A DNA stretch of 64,000 nucleotides, taken from contig JBAZQX010000001.1 of assembly GCA_041644975.1 (NCBI GenBank), forward strand, positions 103,274 through 167,273, in the 5' to 3' direction. A program made the position numbers and the translations under genes. The DNA comes from Candidatus Doudnabacteria bacterium. Its GTDB lineage: Bacteria; Patescibacteriota; JAQUNI01. Under the pieces are notes generated by a model, which was not told the origin of the DNA, made no database searches, and worked only from the letters and a program-made list of their open reading frames with translations. Positions 49,069-58,668 of this stretch are shown piece by piece (positions within the stretch are counted from its first letter, which is position 1; the number at the start of each line of letters is the position of its first letter).

Positions 49069-49894
49069 GTTTTTGGCATTTGGGGCAAAAATGTGCTGAT
49101 CTGCCGCCGATTTTGACGCGCGCAATTTTTGTTCCACACCTGAAACATGGTTTTCCCGTACGACGATAAATCTTTAGTTTCACTGCATATTGCCCTTTCT
49201 CGCCACGAATGTCACGGTAAGTATCTACGCTAGTACCCTGCGCCCTGATAGCATCTCTAAGGATTTTTTTAATACCTATGTAAAGCTTCCTTATTTTTTC
49301 ATCCGAAATTTTGTTTGCTGGCGTGTTGGGATGAATTACAGCATAAAATAGAACCTCATCTGAATAAATATTTCCTAAGCCACTAATTTTTGACTGGTCT
49401 AAAAGGAGAGCCTTAATTTTCGTTCTATTGTGTTGCAGAATATTTTTAAAGTTCTGTAAGATAAATGTTTTGTCAAAGGGTTCTGGTCCTAATTTTTGAA
49501 TTTTGTCAAAATTATTTTCTATTTGTGTCTTTGGATAAAGCCACATTTGACCAAAGAGGCGCAGGTCATTAAAACGCAGTTCCAGATTCTTGCCCAATTG
49601 GAAGATTGCGCGATTAAAAGGATCTTGGGGGTGAGTGGATTTGCGCACAAATAATTGGCCAGTGAGACGAAGATGAATCGCTAAAACCAATCCGCCGGAG
49701 AGTTCTAGTAAAATAATCTTACCTCGCCTTTTGACATTTAAAATTTTTTTGCCTTTGATTTGTCTTTGAAAGTCAGCAAGTTTATGCGTTACCGCCATTT
49801 TGGGCGCACTGCAAGAAAAATCGGTGATCGTTTTATTTTTAATTTCACGATTAAGTTGGCGGACGATTGTTTCAACTTCGGGAAGTTCAGGCAT
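49049..49894 (-). CDS. mutM: Formamidopyrimidine-DNA glycosylase
   Basis: MPELPEVET, RRGK, HLRLTG, LLDQ..GLGNIY.DE, C-terminal zinc finger CFRC...FCPKCQ. Confidence 0.97.
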   Translation of the reverse strand: MPELPEVETIVRQLNREIKNKTITDFSCSAPKMAVTHKLADFQRQIKGKKILNVKRRGKIILLELSGGLVLAIHLRLTGQLFVRKSTHPQDPFNRAIFQLGKNLELRFNDLRLFGQMWLYPKTQIENNFDKIQKLGPEPFDKTFILQNFKNILQHNRTKIKALLLDQSKISGLGNIYSDEVLFYAVIHPNTPANKISDEKIRKLYIGIKKILRDAIRAQGTSVDTYRDIRGEKGQYAVKLKIYRRTGKPCFRCGTKIARVKIGGRSAHFCPKCQKRIMNYE

Positions 49895-49914
49895 AAGTCA
49901 TAGTTATATGTCAA

Positions 49915-50886
49915 TCATTTAACAATTGATATAGTTCCATTCTGGGTATCTATTTTTACCATATCTCCATCTTTTAATACTTTAGTTGCGATTTTGGTGT
50001 TAATGATGCAAGGCTTTTTTAACTCACGACTGATTATGGCCGCGTGACTTAGAATGCCCCCATCATCAGCGATAATAGCTTTACATCCTGTAACCAAAGA
50101 AATTAACGGTTGGGCCATACGCGGACAGACAAGGATGCAATCCTGCGTAATTTTGGCAGTAATATTTGGCTGATCAGGATTTTTGATGACTAAAATTGTC
50201 CCCAAAATAGATTGATTAGTCTTGAATGTTGCGACCCCCTTCAATTCTTGAATATTTGTTGGCAAAATTTTGCTAATAGGTTTTTCCGAAACCAATCCTT
50301 TATATTTTTTTATTATTTTTTGGACTTTTTTATATATAGAAATATTACGCATCTTTTTCGCAGAAGATGCTATCTCTTGCAAATGAGTAAAGATACGCTT
50401 AGCCTTCTCTCCAATTTCCTCAGAGTGTTTATCTAAATGTTTTTCTATGACCATCAAACTACCACCTACGTCTAATAAAAAAATTTCTTTGTTTTGAGTC
50501 AGCGCACTTTTAAGTTTATATTTGAAAGAATGCTGTTTGAGTAAAATAGAAAAATTCCGATCTAGGTAAGGAATTAAATCAAAATTAAAACCAGATTTTT
50601 TTTGAAACTTTTTATATTCCCTGTCATATCTACTTTTGTTAGGGATATTTGTTTCTACGCCTATAAGATTTTTATCTACCTGCCAGGGAATTCTTGATGT
50701 TCTTACAAAAATGTTAAAATGGCCTGGTCTCAAGCTTTTTTTAATTTTGTATCCCTGCAAAATCTCTGCATAATGCAAAGCCAATATCCAATCCGATGGT
50801 CTAATGCCCCATTTCAAAAATATTTGACTGATCTCCAATAATACCTCCTTCAGTGCCTTTAAATTTTCATTATTATTTAATTTCAT
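49915..50886 (-). CDS. Uncharacterised N-terminal domain plus PEP-utilising mobile (phospho-His) domain
   Basis: C-terminal AIIADDGGILSHAAIISRELKKPCII..ATKVLKDGD. Confidence 0.82.
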   Translation of the reverse strand: MKLNNNENLKALKEVLLEISQIFLKWGIRPSDWILALHYAEILQGYKIKKSLRPGHFNIFVRTSRIPWQVDKNLIGVETNIPNKSRYDREYKKFQKKSGFNFDLIPYLDRNFSILLKQHSFKYKLKSALTQNKEIFLLDVGGSLMVIEKHLDKHSEEIGEKAKRIFTHLQEIASSAKKMRNISIYKKVQKIIKKYKGLVSEKPISKILPTNIQELKGVATFKTNQSILGTILVIKNPDQPNITAKITQDCILVCPRMAQPLISLVTGCKAIIADDGGILSHAAIISRELKKPCIINTKIATKVLKDGDMVKIDTQNGTISIVK

Positions 50887-51925
50887 ACTTATTTAGAACC
50901 TCTTTTAAACGCTTAACGAAATCTTGCACAAAATTAAATATTTTTCTTTTTTCCATATCGTCGCCAACGCTCTCCTGTTGGTTAATTTTTTCAAAATAAT
51001 CAATGAACTCTCGAGCAATCTCAAAATCTCCTTTGTTAATAGTATCTCGGCTTCTTTCTTGGGAGGGCCTTATAATCGCCATAACGCCGTAGGTTTCAAT
51101 AAAATCCTTTAAATCTGGTCTATCTTTCATTATTGCAAGTTCCCTATTAAACTCATTAATAACCTCCTTTAAATATTTAATTTTGCTTTCTATTTGAGGA
51201 TCCGCCTTTTCCAGCCACTCGGCCAATTCTGGGTCTTCCAGGAGGTGTTCTCTTTTTTTAAACCAAAGGTTCATAAAATTAGGAATATCCTCTACATCAA
51301 GATCAGCAAACGGTCTTTTGTTACTATTTTCATAGGGAGTAAAATTGCAAAAAGCGAAAAAAATAGTTGGCTCTTGGTTGACTATTTTGTCGGCGATATA
51401 CAAACTCCTTTCTATGACATCCCTTTCATTAAATTTTTTATCTTTATCCTTAGTGTACTCCAAAGTGCCGCCAGGACCAATTCTAAAACCGTGTCCTGCT
51501 ATAGCATTAGTGATTCTATCTATCATCTCTTGCGAAATAGGATGTCTCTTTTGCCAACTTTCGCTGGAAATAACATATCTGGTAGCCTTAGCGCTTTCTA
51601 TTGCCTCGTCGCCATCAGGATCATAGTCCCAGTCTTTTTTCATTTTCTCTATTAGTTTTTCATCTTGCACTAATCCCGGCTGAATAGCGTCATGGCCTAA
51701 ACCGGCGATAAAAATGGCTTCCAGCTCTTCCTTATTAGCGCCAAGCATTTTCCCTATCCGCGGTGATTCTTGAGCCACCATTTGCATATGGTTCCATGAG
51801 TGGGATTTAGGGATGCCAGAACGGCTCTCCAGCCACATCCTGGTATATCTCTCTGCAACCTCCCGCCATTTTTCTTGGTCAAAAGGCTGTTCTCGCTCAA
51901 TATTTTCCATATTTTCTATTCCCAT
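50873..51925 (-). CDS. HD-domain hydrolase
   Basis: SHSWNH, GLGHDA, AIAGH, YIADK motif order. Confidence 0.78.
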   Translation of the reverse strand: MGIENMENIEREQPFDQEKWREVAERYTRMWLESRSGIPKSHSWNHMQMVAQESPRIGKMLGANKEELEAIFIAGLGHDAIQPGLVQDEKLIEKMKKDWDYDPDGDEAIESAKATRYVISSESWQKRHPISQEMIDRITNAIAGHGFRIGPGGTLEYTKDKDKKFNERDVIERSLYIADKIVNQEPTIFFAFCNFTPYENSNKRPFADLDVEDIPNFMNLWFKKREHLLEDPELAEWLEKADPQIESKIKYLKEVINEFNRELAIMKDRPDLKDFIETYGVMAIIRPSQERSRDTINKGDFEIAREFIDYFEKINQQESVGDDMEKRKIFNFVQDFVKRLKEVLNKYEIK

Positions 51926-51976
51926 ATTTAATTCTAACTATTTAATTGGAGGTTAATTTTTTTTGAACAGTTAGTG

Positions 51977-53494
51977 TTATATTTTTTTCACAATGCCTTT
52001 ATAAGCATCTACTTCTATCATATCTCCATCCTTAAGTATTTTGGTAGCTATTTTTGTTCCCACCACGCAGGGAATTTCTAGTTCTCGGGAGATGATAGCC
52101 GCATGAGATAAGATCCCGCCTTCGTCAGTGACAATAGCGCTTGCTTTGTGGCAAGCCTCTATAAGTTGTGGTTTGGTGCTGCCAGACACCAAGATATCTC
52201 CCTTTTGCATCTTTTTTATCTCTTCTTTCTGGGAATTAGAATGGGAATAAATGATTTTTACCCTTCCTTTCACACGACCCGGGCTGACTGGTGTACCTTT
52301 TAAAATCATATCATTGTCTACAATAATTTGATCAAGACCTTCTTCTTTAATAATCCGATCCACGTCTTTATTTGTGAATAACTGAAATTTCCCATTATAC
52401 AACCGAGCAATATATTGAATTTTCCTTTCTTTGATTCTCGGAAGGAAACTTTTTTTATTCCCTTTTAAACAAACTGCCACCTCTTCGGGTAGAAGAAATT
52501 TTACATCAAGTTGATTCACATTTAATCTTTTTCCTATTTGCCTAAAGAGTGCTTTAGTATAATAAGCGCCTTTGGTCCAAGCAATGCGAAGATTAATCCT
52601 TAAAAGTCCCATCTCTTGCATTGACTTTGTTGTATTGACAATGAGATGGTTGTTATAAATGAGCTTTATAATCCTATGCTTTTTTTCTTCCACTTGAAAA
52701 GGAAGCTCCTTGATCTTTCTAATTGATTGCTCCACTTCTTTTAAACTTAATCTTGCTAGATCTGTTTTTAATAATTCTAAATAATAATCTGAGTCTTTAA
52801 AAGGTGATTCAAGCGTAGGAAGCCAGCCATATTTTTTAGAATGGGCGCTGATAACTTGTTTAGTATATTTATCATTTAAAATTTCTGCGATCTTTGCACC
52901 TTTCAATTTCCGTTTTAGCATTTCCTTCAATATTTTCAGCCAGTCCAGTTCTTCCTTGGTTAACAGATGAGTTTCTGTGGGTTGGGTGAGTTTTTGCAGA
53001 AAATAAAGAGCTTGGTTTTCATCTTTGATAATTTTTACTATCTCGTTTTTTAAATAAATCTCGGTAGCTTCAAAGACTTCCGGCTGACTCATATCGTAAG
53101 CCACGTAAATATTACGAAAACATTGGAGATATTCTTGATAACAATCTAAAAGCGCTGAATTATTGGTCTTTACTAAGTCAATGCTGCTGAGCTTTTCTAA
53201 AAAATTATCCATCTGATCTATGACTTGCCTAGAAAAACTAATATTCCCTGACATCTTTTTTCTATTTAGGGTTACTTTCAACCATTGCTTTTTTAGTTTT
53301 TCATTTTCTTGCGACAGCCGATAAAACGAAATTTTAATGCCTTTTGCGATAACTAAAATATTTTTATTTTCAGCCCCCAAAGATTTATGAGCGAAAGTTG
53401 ACAATGCGGTATAAATACTCATTAGAGAATGACGAGAGTCAAATCTTTTAAGCCATTTATTTTGTTCCATAATAACAGATTTTAATTTGGTCAT
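51977..53494 (-). CDS. Helical protein with a C-terminal PEP-utilising mobile domain
   Basis: LKGTPVSPGRVKGRV, GDILV, AIVTDEGGILSHAAIISRELEIPCVVGT. Confidence 0.88.
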   Translation of the reverse strand: MTKLKSVIMEQNKWLKRFDSRHSLMSIYTALSTFAHKSLGAENKNILVIAKGIKISFYRLSQENEKLKKQWLKVTLNRKKMSGNISFSRQVIDQMDNFLEKLSSIDLVKTNNSALLDCYQEYLQCFRNIYVAYDMSQPEVFEATEIYLKNEIVKIIKDENQALYFLQKLTQPTETHLLTKEELDWLKILKEMLKRKLKGAKIAEILNDKYTKQVISAHSKKYGWLPTLESPFKDSDYYLELLKTDLARLSLKEVEQSIRKIKELPFQVEEKKHRIIKLIYNNHLIVNTTKSMQEMGLLRINLRIAWTKGAYYTKALFRQIGKRLNVNQLDVKFLLPEEVAVCLKGNKKSFLPRIKERKIQYIARLYNGKFQLFTNKDVDRIIKEEGLDQIIVDNDMILKGTPVSPGRVKGRVKIIYSHSNSQKEEIKKMQKGDILVSGSTKPQLIEACHKASAIVTDEGGILSHAAIISRELEIPCVVGTKIATKILKDGDMIEVDAYKGIVKKI

Positions 53495-54948
53495 TCTTTC
53501 CCAATCATCACTGCAATGGGCTGGAGGCGCGCGACTTTTTTAGTAATGCCGCACTCCACGAGAGTGTCCACAACTAGGTCAATATCTTTATAGACCATCG
53601 GCGCTTCGTCTAAAACCTCGCGCACATTGCGGAAGTTGGTTAGGATTGAACCTAATTTTTGTTCAAATTCTTGGGGGGTGATTGTTCTTTTTGCTTCATT
53701 GCGGCTCATCCTGCGGCCAGCGCCGTGATTAACTGAATAAAAGGTCTCCGCCGCGGCTTCGGTGCCCACTAAAATATAGGAAGGCGTAGCCATTGAGCCA
53801 GGGACTAAAACAGGGTGACCAGTTTTTTGGTAAATTTTTGGATTTTGGGGGTGTCCGGCAGGTAGTGCTCTAGTCGCGCCTTTGCGGTGGATAAGATATT
53901 GTCCGCCTTTTTGAGCAGGTTCAAACTTGGCAATATTATGGGCAACATCATATAAAAGATCCATACCTAACTCTTTTGCTGACTTTCCAAAATGTCTTTC
54001 AAAAGCTTCACGGACATAGTGCATAATGAGATGTCGATTCCCAAAAGCAAAGTTGACTGCGGCGGCCATAGCGCTCCAATACTGTTGTCCTGTTTTTGAC
54101 GTGATAGGCACAGCGGCAAGCTCCTTAGAAGGAATGTGAATACCTTCTTTTTGCGCCTCTTCGGGCATTAATCGCATATAATCATCCCCGATTTGGTGAC
54201 CAAAACCGCGCGAGCCGCAGTGGATCATTATGCAAATATTACTTTCTTTGAGATCAAATTGGTCGGCTAGTTCTTGGTCGAATATTTTATCAATAACTTG
54301 AATATCAATAAAATGGTTGCCTCCCCCTAAAGTCCCGAGCTGGTCGCGACCTCTTTTTTGGGCGCGTTCAGAGACGAACTCCAAAGTGCCCCCAATAAGG
54401 CACCCTTCCTCTTCTGTGTGGGAAAGGTCTTCTAGGGAGCCATACCCTTTTTTGACTAAAATTTTAATTCCTTCCTCGGCTACTTCTTTTAAAGCCACAT
54501 TAGGAAGCACCCCCTGCCAGCCTGATTTTCCTGTTCCCATCGGCACATGTTTCTCAATGTCCTGCATCAAGCCTCTTAATTTAGGTTTATCAATTGTTTT
54601 TGTGCCAGAAAGATAGAAGTAGTTAGCGGGGAGATCGGTTTTTATAAGACGCACGCCACAGTTAATATCATAGCCGACTGCTCCAGCCGAGATGAGACCC
54701 TTTTTACTATCCATCGCCATTACTCCTCCAATCGGCAGTCCAAAACCTTCATGGATATCCGGCATACCGATTACTGGTTCTAAAACACCAGTAAGGGAAG
54801 CGGCGGCGGTTAATTGTTCTAATGAGCGGTCGCTAAAGGTTTCTTTTTTCAACTCTTGCTTAACATAAACCACCGCATCCACAAGCATATCTCCTTGTTT
54901 TTTGATGCGGAAACGATTTTTTCCGTCAGGAATTAAATTATATCGCAT
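53491..54948 (-). CDS. rtcB: RNA ligase RtcB
   Basis: MPDIHEGFGLPIG, GYDINCG, GGGNHF, HCGSRG, HN, HRKGAT, HGAGR, DEAP..YK. Confidence 0.96.
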   Translation of the reverse strand: MRYNLIPDGKNRFRIKKQGDMLVDAVVYVKQELKKETFSDRSLEQLTAAASLTGVLEPVIGMPDIHEGFGLPIGGVMAMDSKKGLISAGAVGYDINCGVRLIKTDLPANYFYLSGTKTIDKPKLRGLMQDIEKHVPMGTGKSGWQGVLPNVALKEVAEEGIKILVKKGYGSLEDLSHTEEEGCLIGGTLEFVSERAQKRGRDQLGTLGGGNHFIDIQVIDKIFDQELADQFDLKESNICIMIHCGSRGFGHQIGDDYMRLMPEEAQKEGIHIPSKELAAVPITSKTGQQYWSAMAAAVNFAFGNRHLIMHYVREAFERHFGKSAKELGMDLLYDVAHNIAKFEPAQKGGQYLIHRKGATRALPAGHPQNPKIYQKTGHPVLVPGSMATPSYILVGTEAAAETFYSVNHGAGRRMSRNEAKRTITPQEFEQKLGSILTNFRNVREVLDEAPMVYKDIDLVVDTLVECGITKKVARLQPIAVMIGKE

Positions 54949-55008
54949 AGGAAGTAATGAGTAATGAATATTATCGTTATTAAGACCACTTTACTTTACT
55001 CATTACGG

Positions 55009-55200
55009 TTACACATTGCTTATAGTAATCGCTTCTACAGGGCAAGATTTAGCGGTTTCTTCTATATCGCAGGTAGCGCAGCCGTCGTTTTCTATGACTT
55101 TAGCCTTAGAGGTTTCATTATCCATTGCAAAGACTTCAGGGCACATTGCGGCGCAAGTGCCGCAACCAATGCATTTTTCTTGATCAAGGGTGATTTTCAC
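55009..55200 (-). CDS. Ferredoxin
   Basis: CIGCGTCAAMCPEVF...CPVEAI; GTG start. Confidence 0.92.
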   Translation of the reverse strand: MKITLDQEKCIGCGTCAAMCPEVFAMDNETSKAKVIENDGCATCDIEETAKSCPVEAITISNV

Positions 55201-55285
55201 GGTTTGTTTTAATTAAGGTTAATCCAATTATAAATCCCCTTCTTTGTGGTTTAAAGAAGATATTATTATTTATTCGACAAAGATA

Positions 55286-55426
55286 TCATTTGCAGGTGGT
55301 TTGGCGACAACTACAATCAGAAGGGCAAGTGCATTTTTCTACTGTCTCACCGCAATCGCAAGGACACATTTTTGATTTTTCTTTTGTTTGGTCCTCTTTT
55401 GGGGAACCGCAGGAGCCACAACTCAT
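55286..55426 (-). CDS. Metallothionein-like 46-aa Cys-rich protein (not in the ORF track)
   Basis: MSCGSCGSPKEDQTKEKSKMCPCDCGETVEKCTCPSDCSCRQTTCK; ATG 55426, TGA 55286-55288; 10 Cys, no aromatic residues. Confidence 0.75.
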   Translation of the reverse strand: MSCGSCGSPKEDQTKEKSKMCPCDCGETVEKCTCPSDCSCRQTTCK

Positions 55427-55690
55427 AATTTTAAATCAAAATTTAAAATGTAAAAATTCCCGGCCCGCCTCGCGTTAAATAGTTTACCAATAACTACTCA
55501 TTTATATCTATTAAATAACATAAATTTGAGAGACAAGTTAAAGGCGAGCGGGGCAGGCAAAATGACAGTTTAAAATTCAAAATGGATTTAATGTAAAATG
55601 ATTTTGAGTTTTAATTATTTTTTACATTTTACATTGTCTCGCCTGTCATGGCTACGTCAGATCTTCAGACGAGATCTCGTGAAGCGATGA

Positions 55691-55960
55691 TCATTTTACA
55701 TTTTGATCTTTGATTTTTGAATTTATAATAATTCTATCTATTTTTTCCTTATCAAATTCTGAAATAATTTCTTCTTTGCCATCTTTTTCCACAATAATTA
55801 CGGGGACGCCCATCTGACCAGTTTTCTGGATCATTTCTTCGGCTGCTTTTTGATCTGCGGCAACATTGACTTCTTCAAAAACAATATTATGTTGTTTTAA
55901 ATATTCTTTTGCAGTGACACAATGAGGGCAGGCAGGGGTGGAATAGATTTTGACTTTCAT
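55691..55960 (-). CDS. Glutaredoxin (NrdH/YruB-like)
   Basis: VKIYSTPACPHC, GQMGVPV. Confidence 0.92.
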   Translation of the reverse strand: MKVKIYSTPACPHCVTAKEYLKQHNIVFEEVNVAADQKAAEEMIQKTGQMGVPVIIVEKDGKEEIISEFDKEKIDRIIINSKIKDQNVK

Positions 55961-55973
55961 AGTTTTAATGTAA

Positions 55974-56327
55974 TTAAAAGATTCCTAATTTTTTAATTTT
56001 TTCTAATTGAACGGAAGAGAGCACTTTATGTTTATACATCGCATTGATAATAATTTTGTAGAATTTTTGTCTTCTTCTATGTTGCCAAGTATCTACTTTC
56101 TTTTCTAGGAGTAATGTTTCTAAATCTTTTAAGATTCTATCTTGACCGGTTAGGATAGAATCTTTGAATTCGTTAAACTCTTTTTTACTCACAAGTTTTT
56201 CTAAATCTTTTTTGGTAGCGAAGTTATCTAAATCTTTTTTGGTAGCAAAAACCTCTTCCATCGCAGGTATGAGAACTTCGCGGATATCTTTAATAGTTAA
56301 TGGTTTGTTGTCTATGTTTCTGGGCAT
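55974..56327 (-). CDS. Hypothetical protein with ATKKDL repeats
   Basis: FATKKDLDNFATKKDLEK 9-aa repeat followed by a coiled coil. Confidence 0.75.
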   Translation of the reverse strand: MPRNIDNKPLTIKDIREVLIPAMEEVFATKKDLDNFATKKDLEKLVSKKEFNEFKDSILTGQDRILKDLETLLLEKKVDTWQHRRRQKFYKIIINAMYKHKVLSSVQLEKIKKLGIF

Positions 56328-56734
56328 ATTAGTAAAATTAACGCAAGGATATTATAGCATAACTTGATTTTGGCGGGAAGGGAAAGATATTGGTAGCCAG
56401 CGACCAGTAACAAATAATTGGTAAGGATTGGGGATGGCAGGTAAAAGTCGGTTATTTTCAATAATACCCTTGTTTGGGTGTCAGTCATTGTCGGATAAAA
56501 GCGGGAATTTTGAATTCCCAAATCAAAAAAACAAGAGTTTTTCTTGTCCTTTTTATGGTTTAAGCGACCAAGGTAAAGCTGAAACTTTCCCCTTGACCCG
56601 CCTAGACTCGGCGAGGCTGGTAAGGGGGAGGGATATTGTCTTGCCGCACTTTGAAGAAAAATTATTTAAGATAATAAAAAAGGCTTCATACATTTCTATG
56701 TGAAGCCTGGAATTGTAAGCGTACAATAAAAGAG

Positions 56735-57217
56735 CTAACTCGCGAGCAATGCCGCGGGGTCGCTCGCACTCCAATCAACGTCAAGCCAAAAGTAGCCCCA
56801 GCTCCACTTGTCGTCGCTGAAACAGAGGTAACGGATACAGAGGTTGTCCCTAGAGGAGCGAATGATGGTTCCCCAGAAGAAGATGTAGCCATTATTATTC
56901 TTCCAATCTTCTGGAATGAGGTCTGGATGCTCAAGAAGAGCATCCAGAATGTTGGGATGAAGCACGGGTTTTCCCGAAAGTTCTTTGCGAAGCTCATGCC
57001 CGCTCATCCGGCCATGCTTCTGTTGTTCGGATAGATAAAGAATAACCTTGCGACCATCTACATATAATTTGTTCTCGCGCTTCTCGACCTTAACCCACCC
57101 GCCACCACTATTCTTTTCAATTTTCGCGTCATCAGAGAGCAGTTTTGGCGGCGCATTAAGATTGACAAGAATAGCTGTTTCGCTCAACACCTTAAATCGT
57201 TCTTCATTATTTTCCAT
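56735..57217 (-). CDS. Hypothetical protein
   Basis: SD AAGGAG; HPDLIPEDWK, IFFWGTI, Trp-rich C-terminus. Confidence 0.75.
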   Translation of the reverse strand: MENNEERFKVLSETAILVNLNAPPKLLSDDAKIEKNSGGGWVKVEKRENKLYVDGRKVILYLSEQQKHGRMSGHELRKELSGKPVLHPNILDALLEHPDLIPEDWKNNNGYIFFWGTIIRSSRDNLCIRYLCFSDDKWSWGYFWLDVDWSASDPAALLAS

Positions 57218-57398
57218 TATTATAATTCTCCTTTTTCTTCAATACAAAACAAACAAAACTAATTTAACTAAGTACCATCTCTACTAAATAAACTTCTTAT
57301 TGATTCTTTCTCTGATAAATCTTAGTCAGCATTTCTGCTAAAATCCCAAAGCTCACCATTTGAAAACCAACAATTATTAGTCGTTGGGAGGCGTTAGA

Positions 57399-57457
57399 TT
57401 GTTAAAGGTGCCTTTTATTTGGTGTATGACTATATCATATTTTAAGAAAAAGGTCAA
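57399..57457 (-). promoter_or_regulatory. Promoter plus boxA-like site
   Basis: TTGACC-17-TATAGT (57457-57429), then GCACCTTTAACAA (57411-57399). Confidence 0.55.
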
Positions 57458-57592
57458 TAATTTGGAAGTGTTTTGGCTAAAAAATCGAAAAATGGCTTAA
57501 AATAAGCCATTTTATAATAGTTCTCCCTCCCCCAGTACTATATAAGGTACGGGGCAAGCCTAACCTTCCTTTCTCAGGGGAGGAAAACCCTC

Positions 57593-58609
57593 TTAATCCC
57601 CATTGTCAGGGGGATATTTTTTAAATAAATTTTTAGCCATTTGCCAATAAGTATTATTTCCCTGTAATTTTTGCCAGTACCACCATTCAGTGCCCCAAAG
57701 ATAAACTTTATCAAAGCCGCATTGTTTGCTGTAATCCAAAATTCCTTGAAATTTTTCCGGACTCATTGTTTTAGCTATTATTTCGGGGGCAGCGTTTTTA
57801 ATATCGCCGCCGTGAATCCAAGGCTCGCCTTGTTGCTCCGAAACAATCACCGGTTTGTTTCCGAATAAGAATTTCATCAAAGCCACTTTGCGTTGGTAAA
57901 AAATCGCCGGGATTCGATATTCAGTATAGCCGGCAAAACGATTGTAAACATATTTGTAAAGCGATGTGCCAAAGATGTCAGCGCGGCGATATTCGCCGAG
58001 CCAAAGAGAAAATTCGCCTGATGAGGTAAGCATGATAGGACGGGAATCTCGTGCCCGCACAAAGATGATTTCTTCTTCCAAAAACTTTTTATCTCTTTGG
58101 GGGCAATCTCCAAAGCTATGAAAGAAAAAGGGTTCATTTTCTACCTGCCAGATTTTAATATGGTCATCATTTTTGTAGCGGTCAATAATTTTTCCAATGA
58201 GCGACAAGAGATGCTTTTGCCTTTCTTCCGCGGGAAGAGAAAACGCCCAAGCGGGAATATGGCATTCAGGCCAACGGGGGACTTTTTCCCCAAAGGCGAG
58301 GATAATTTCTCCATTCCTTTTGTCAATTTCCGCAATCTGCCAATCTAAATCCGAGAAATCATACTCCCCTTCTTTTTTTTCCAGATCATCCCAATAAGCC
58401 ATCAAACGAAATTTGCGTGCCCCCAGATCGTCCAAAATTGCGTTTAGAGCGGCTTCCGGATCTAGATTATACTCTCGCATATTTTTTGCGGAAAAGTTGA
58501 TCCCATATTCCACATTGTTAGCCGGTTGAGGGATGCCGAGCAAAAAATAAGTTAAAATTACTCCCAGTAAACCAATAATTACAGTTATGGATATTATAAA
58601 AATTTTCAT
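57593..58609 (-). CDS. Membrane-anchored clan GH-A glycoside hydrolase
   Basis: RLMAYWD.LE..EGEYDFS.LDWQ, KVPRWPECH, WQVENEP, SEQQGEPW, LWG.EWW. Confidence 0.8.
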   Translation of the reverse strand: MKIFIISITVIIGLLGVILTYFLLGIPQPANNVEYGINFSAKNMREYNLDPEAALNAILDDLGARKFRLMAYWDDLEKKEGEYDFSDLDWQIAEIDKRNGEIILAFGEKVPRWPECHIPAWAFSLPAEERQKHLLSLIGKIIDRYKNDDHIKIWQVENEPFFFHSFGDCPQRDKKFLEEEIIFVRARDSRPIMLTSSGEFSLWLGEYRRADIFGTSLYKYVYNRFAGYTEYRIPAIFYQRKVALMKFLFGNKPVIVSEQQGEPWIHGGDIKNAAPEIIAKTMSPEKFQGILDYSKQCGFDKVYLWGTEWWYWQKLQGNNTYWQMAKNLFKKYPPDNGD

Positions 58610-58668
58610 AGAATAATTTTCGTAACGCATTCTTGAATCGCAAGTTACGCGTTGCAAGTTGCGAGAAT

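Noticed and set aside
56190-56260. 27-bp tandem duplication as a mobile or regulatory repeat
   Set aside because: It encodes the FATKKDL protein repeat in frame, an ordinary coiled-coil repeat.
56340-56730. Short ORFs or a pseudogene remnant
   Set aside because: Overlapping ORFs on both strands, no motifs, and partly made of palindromic repeats.
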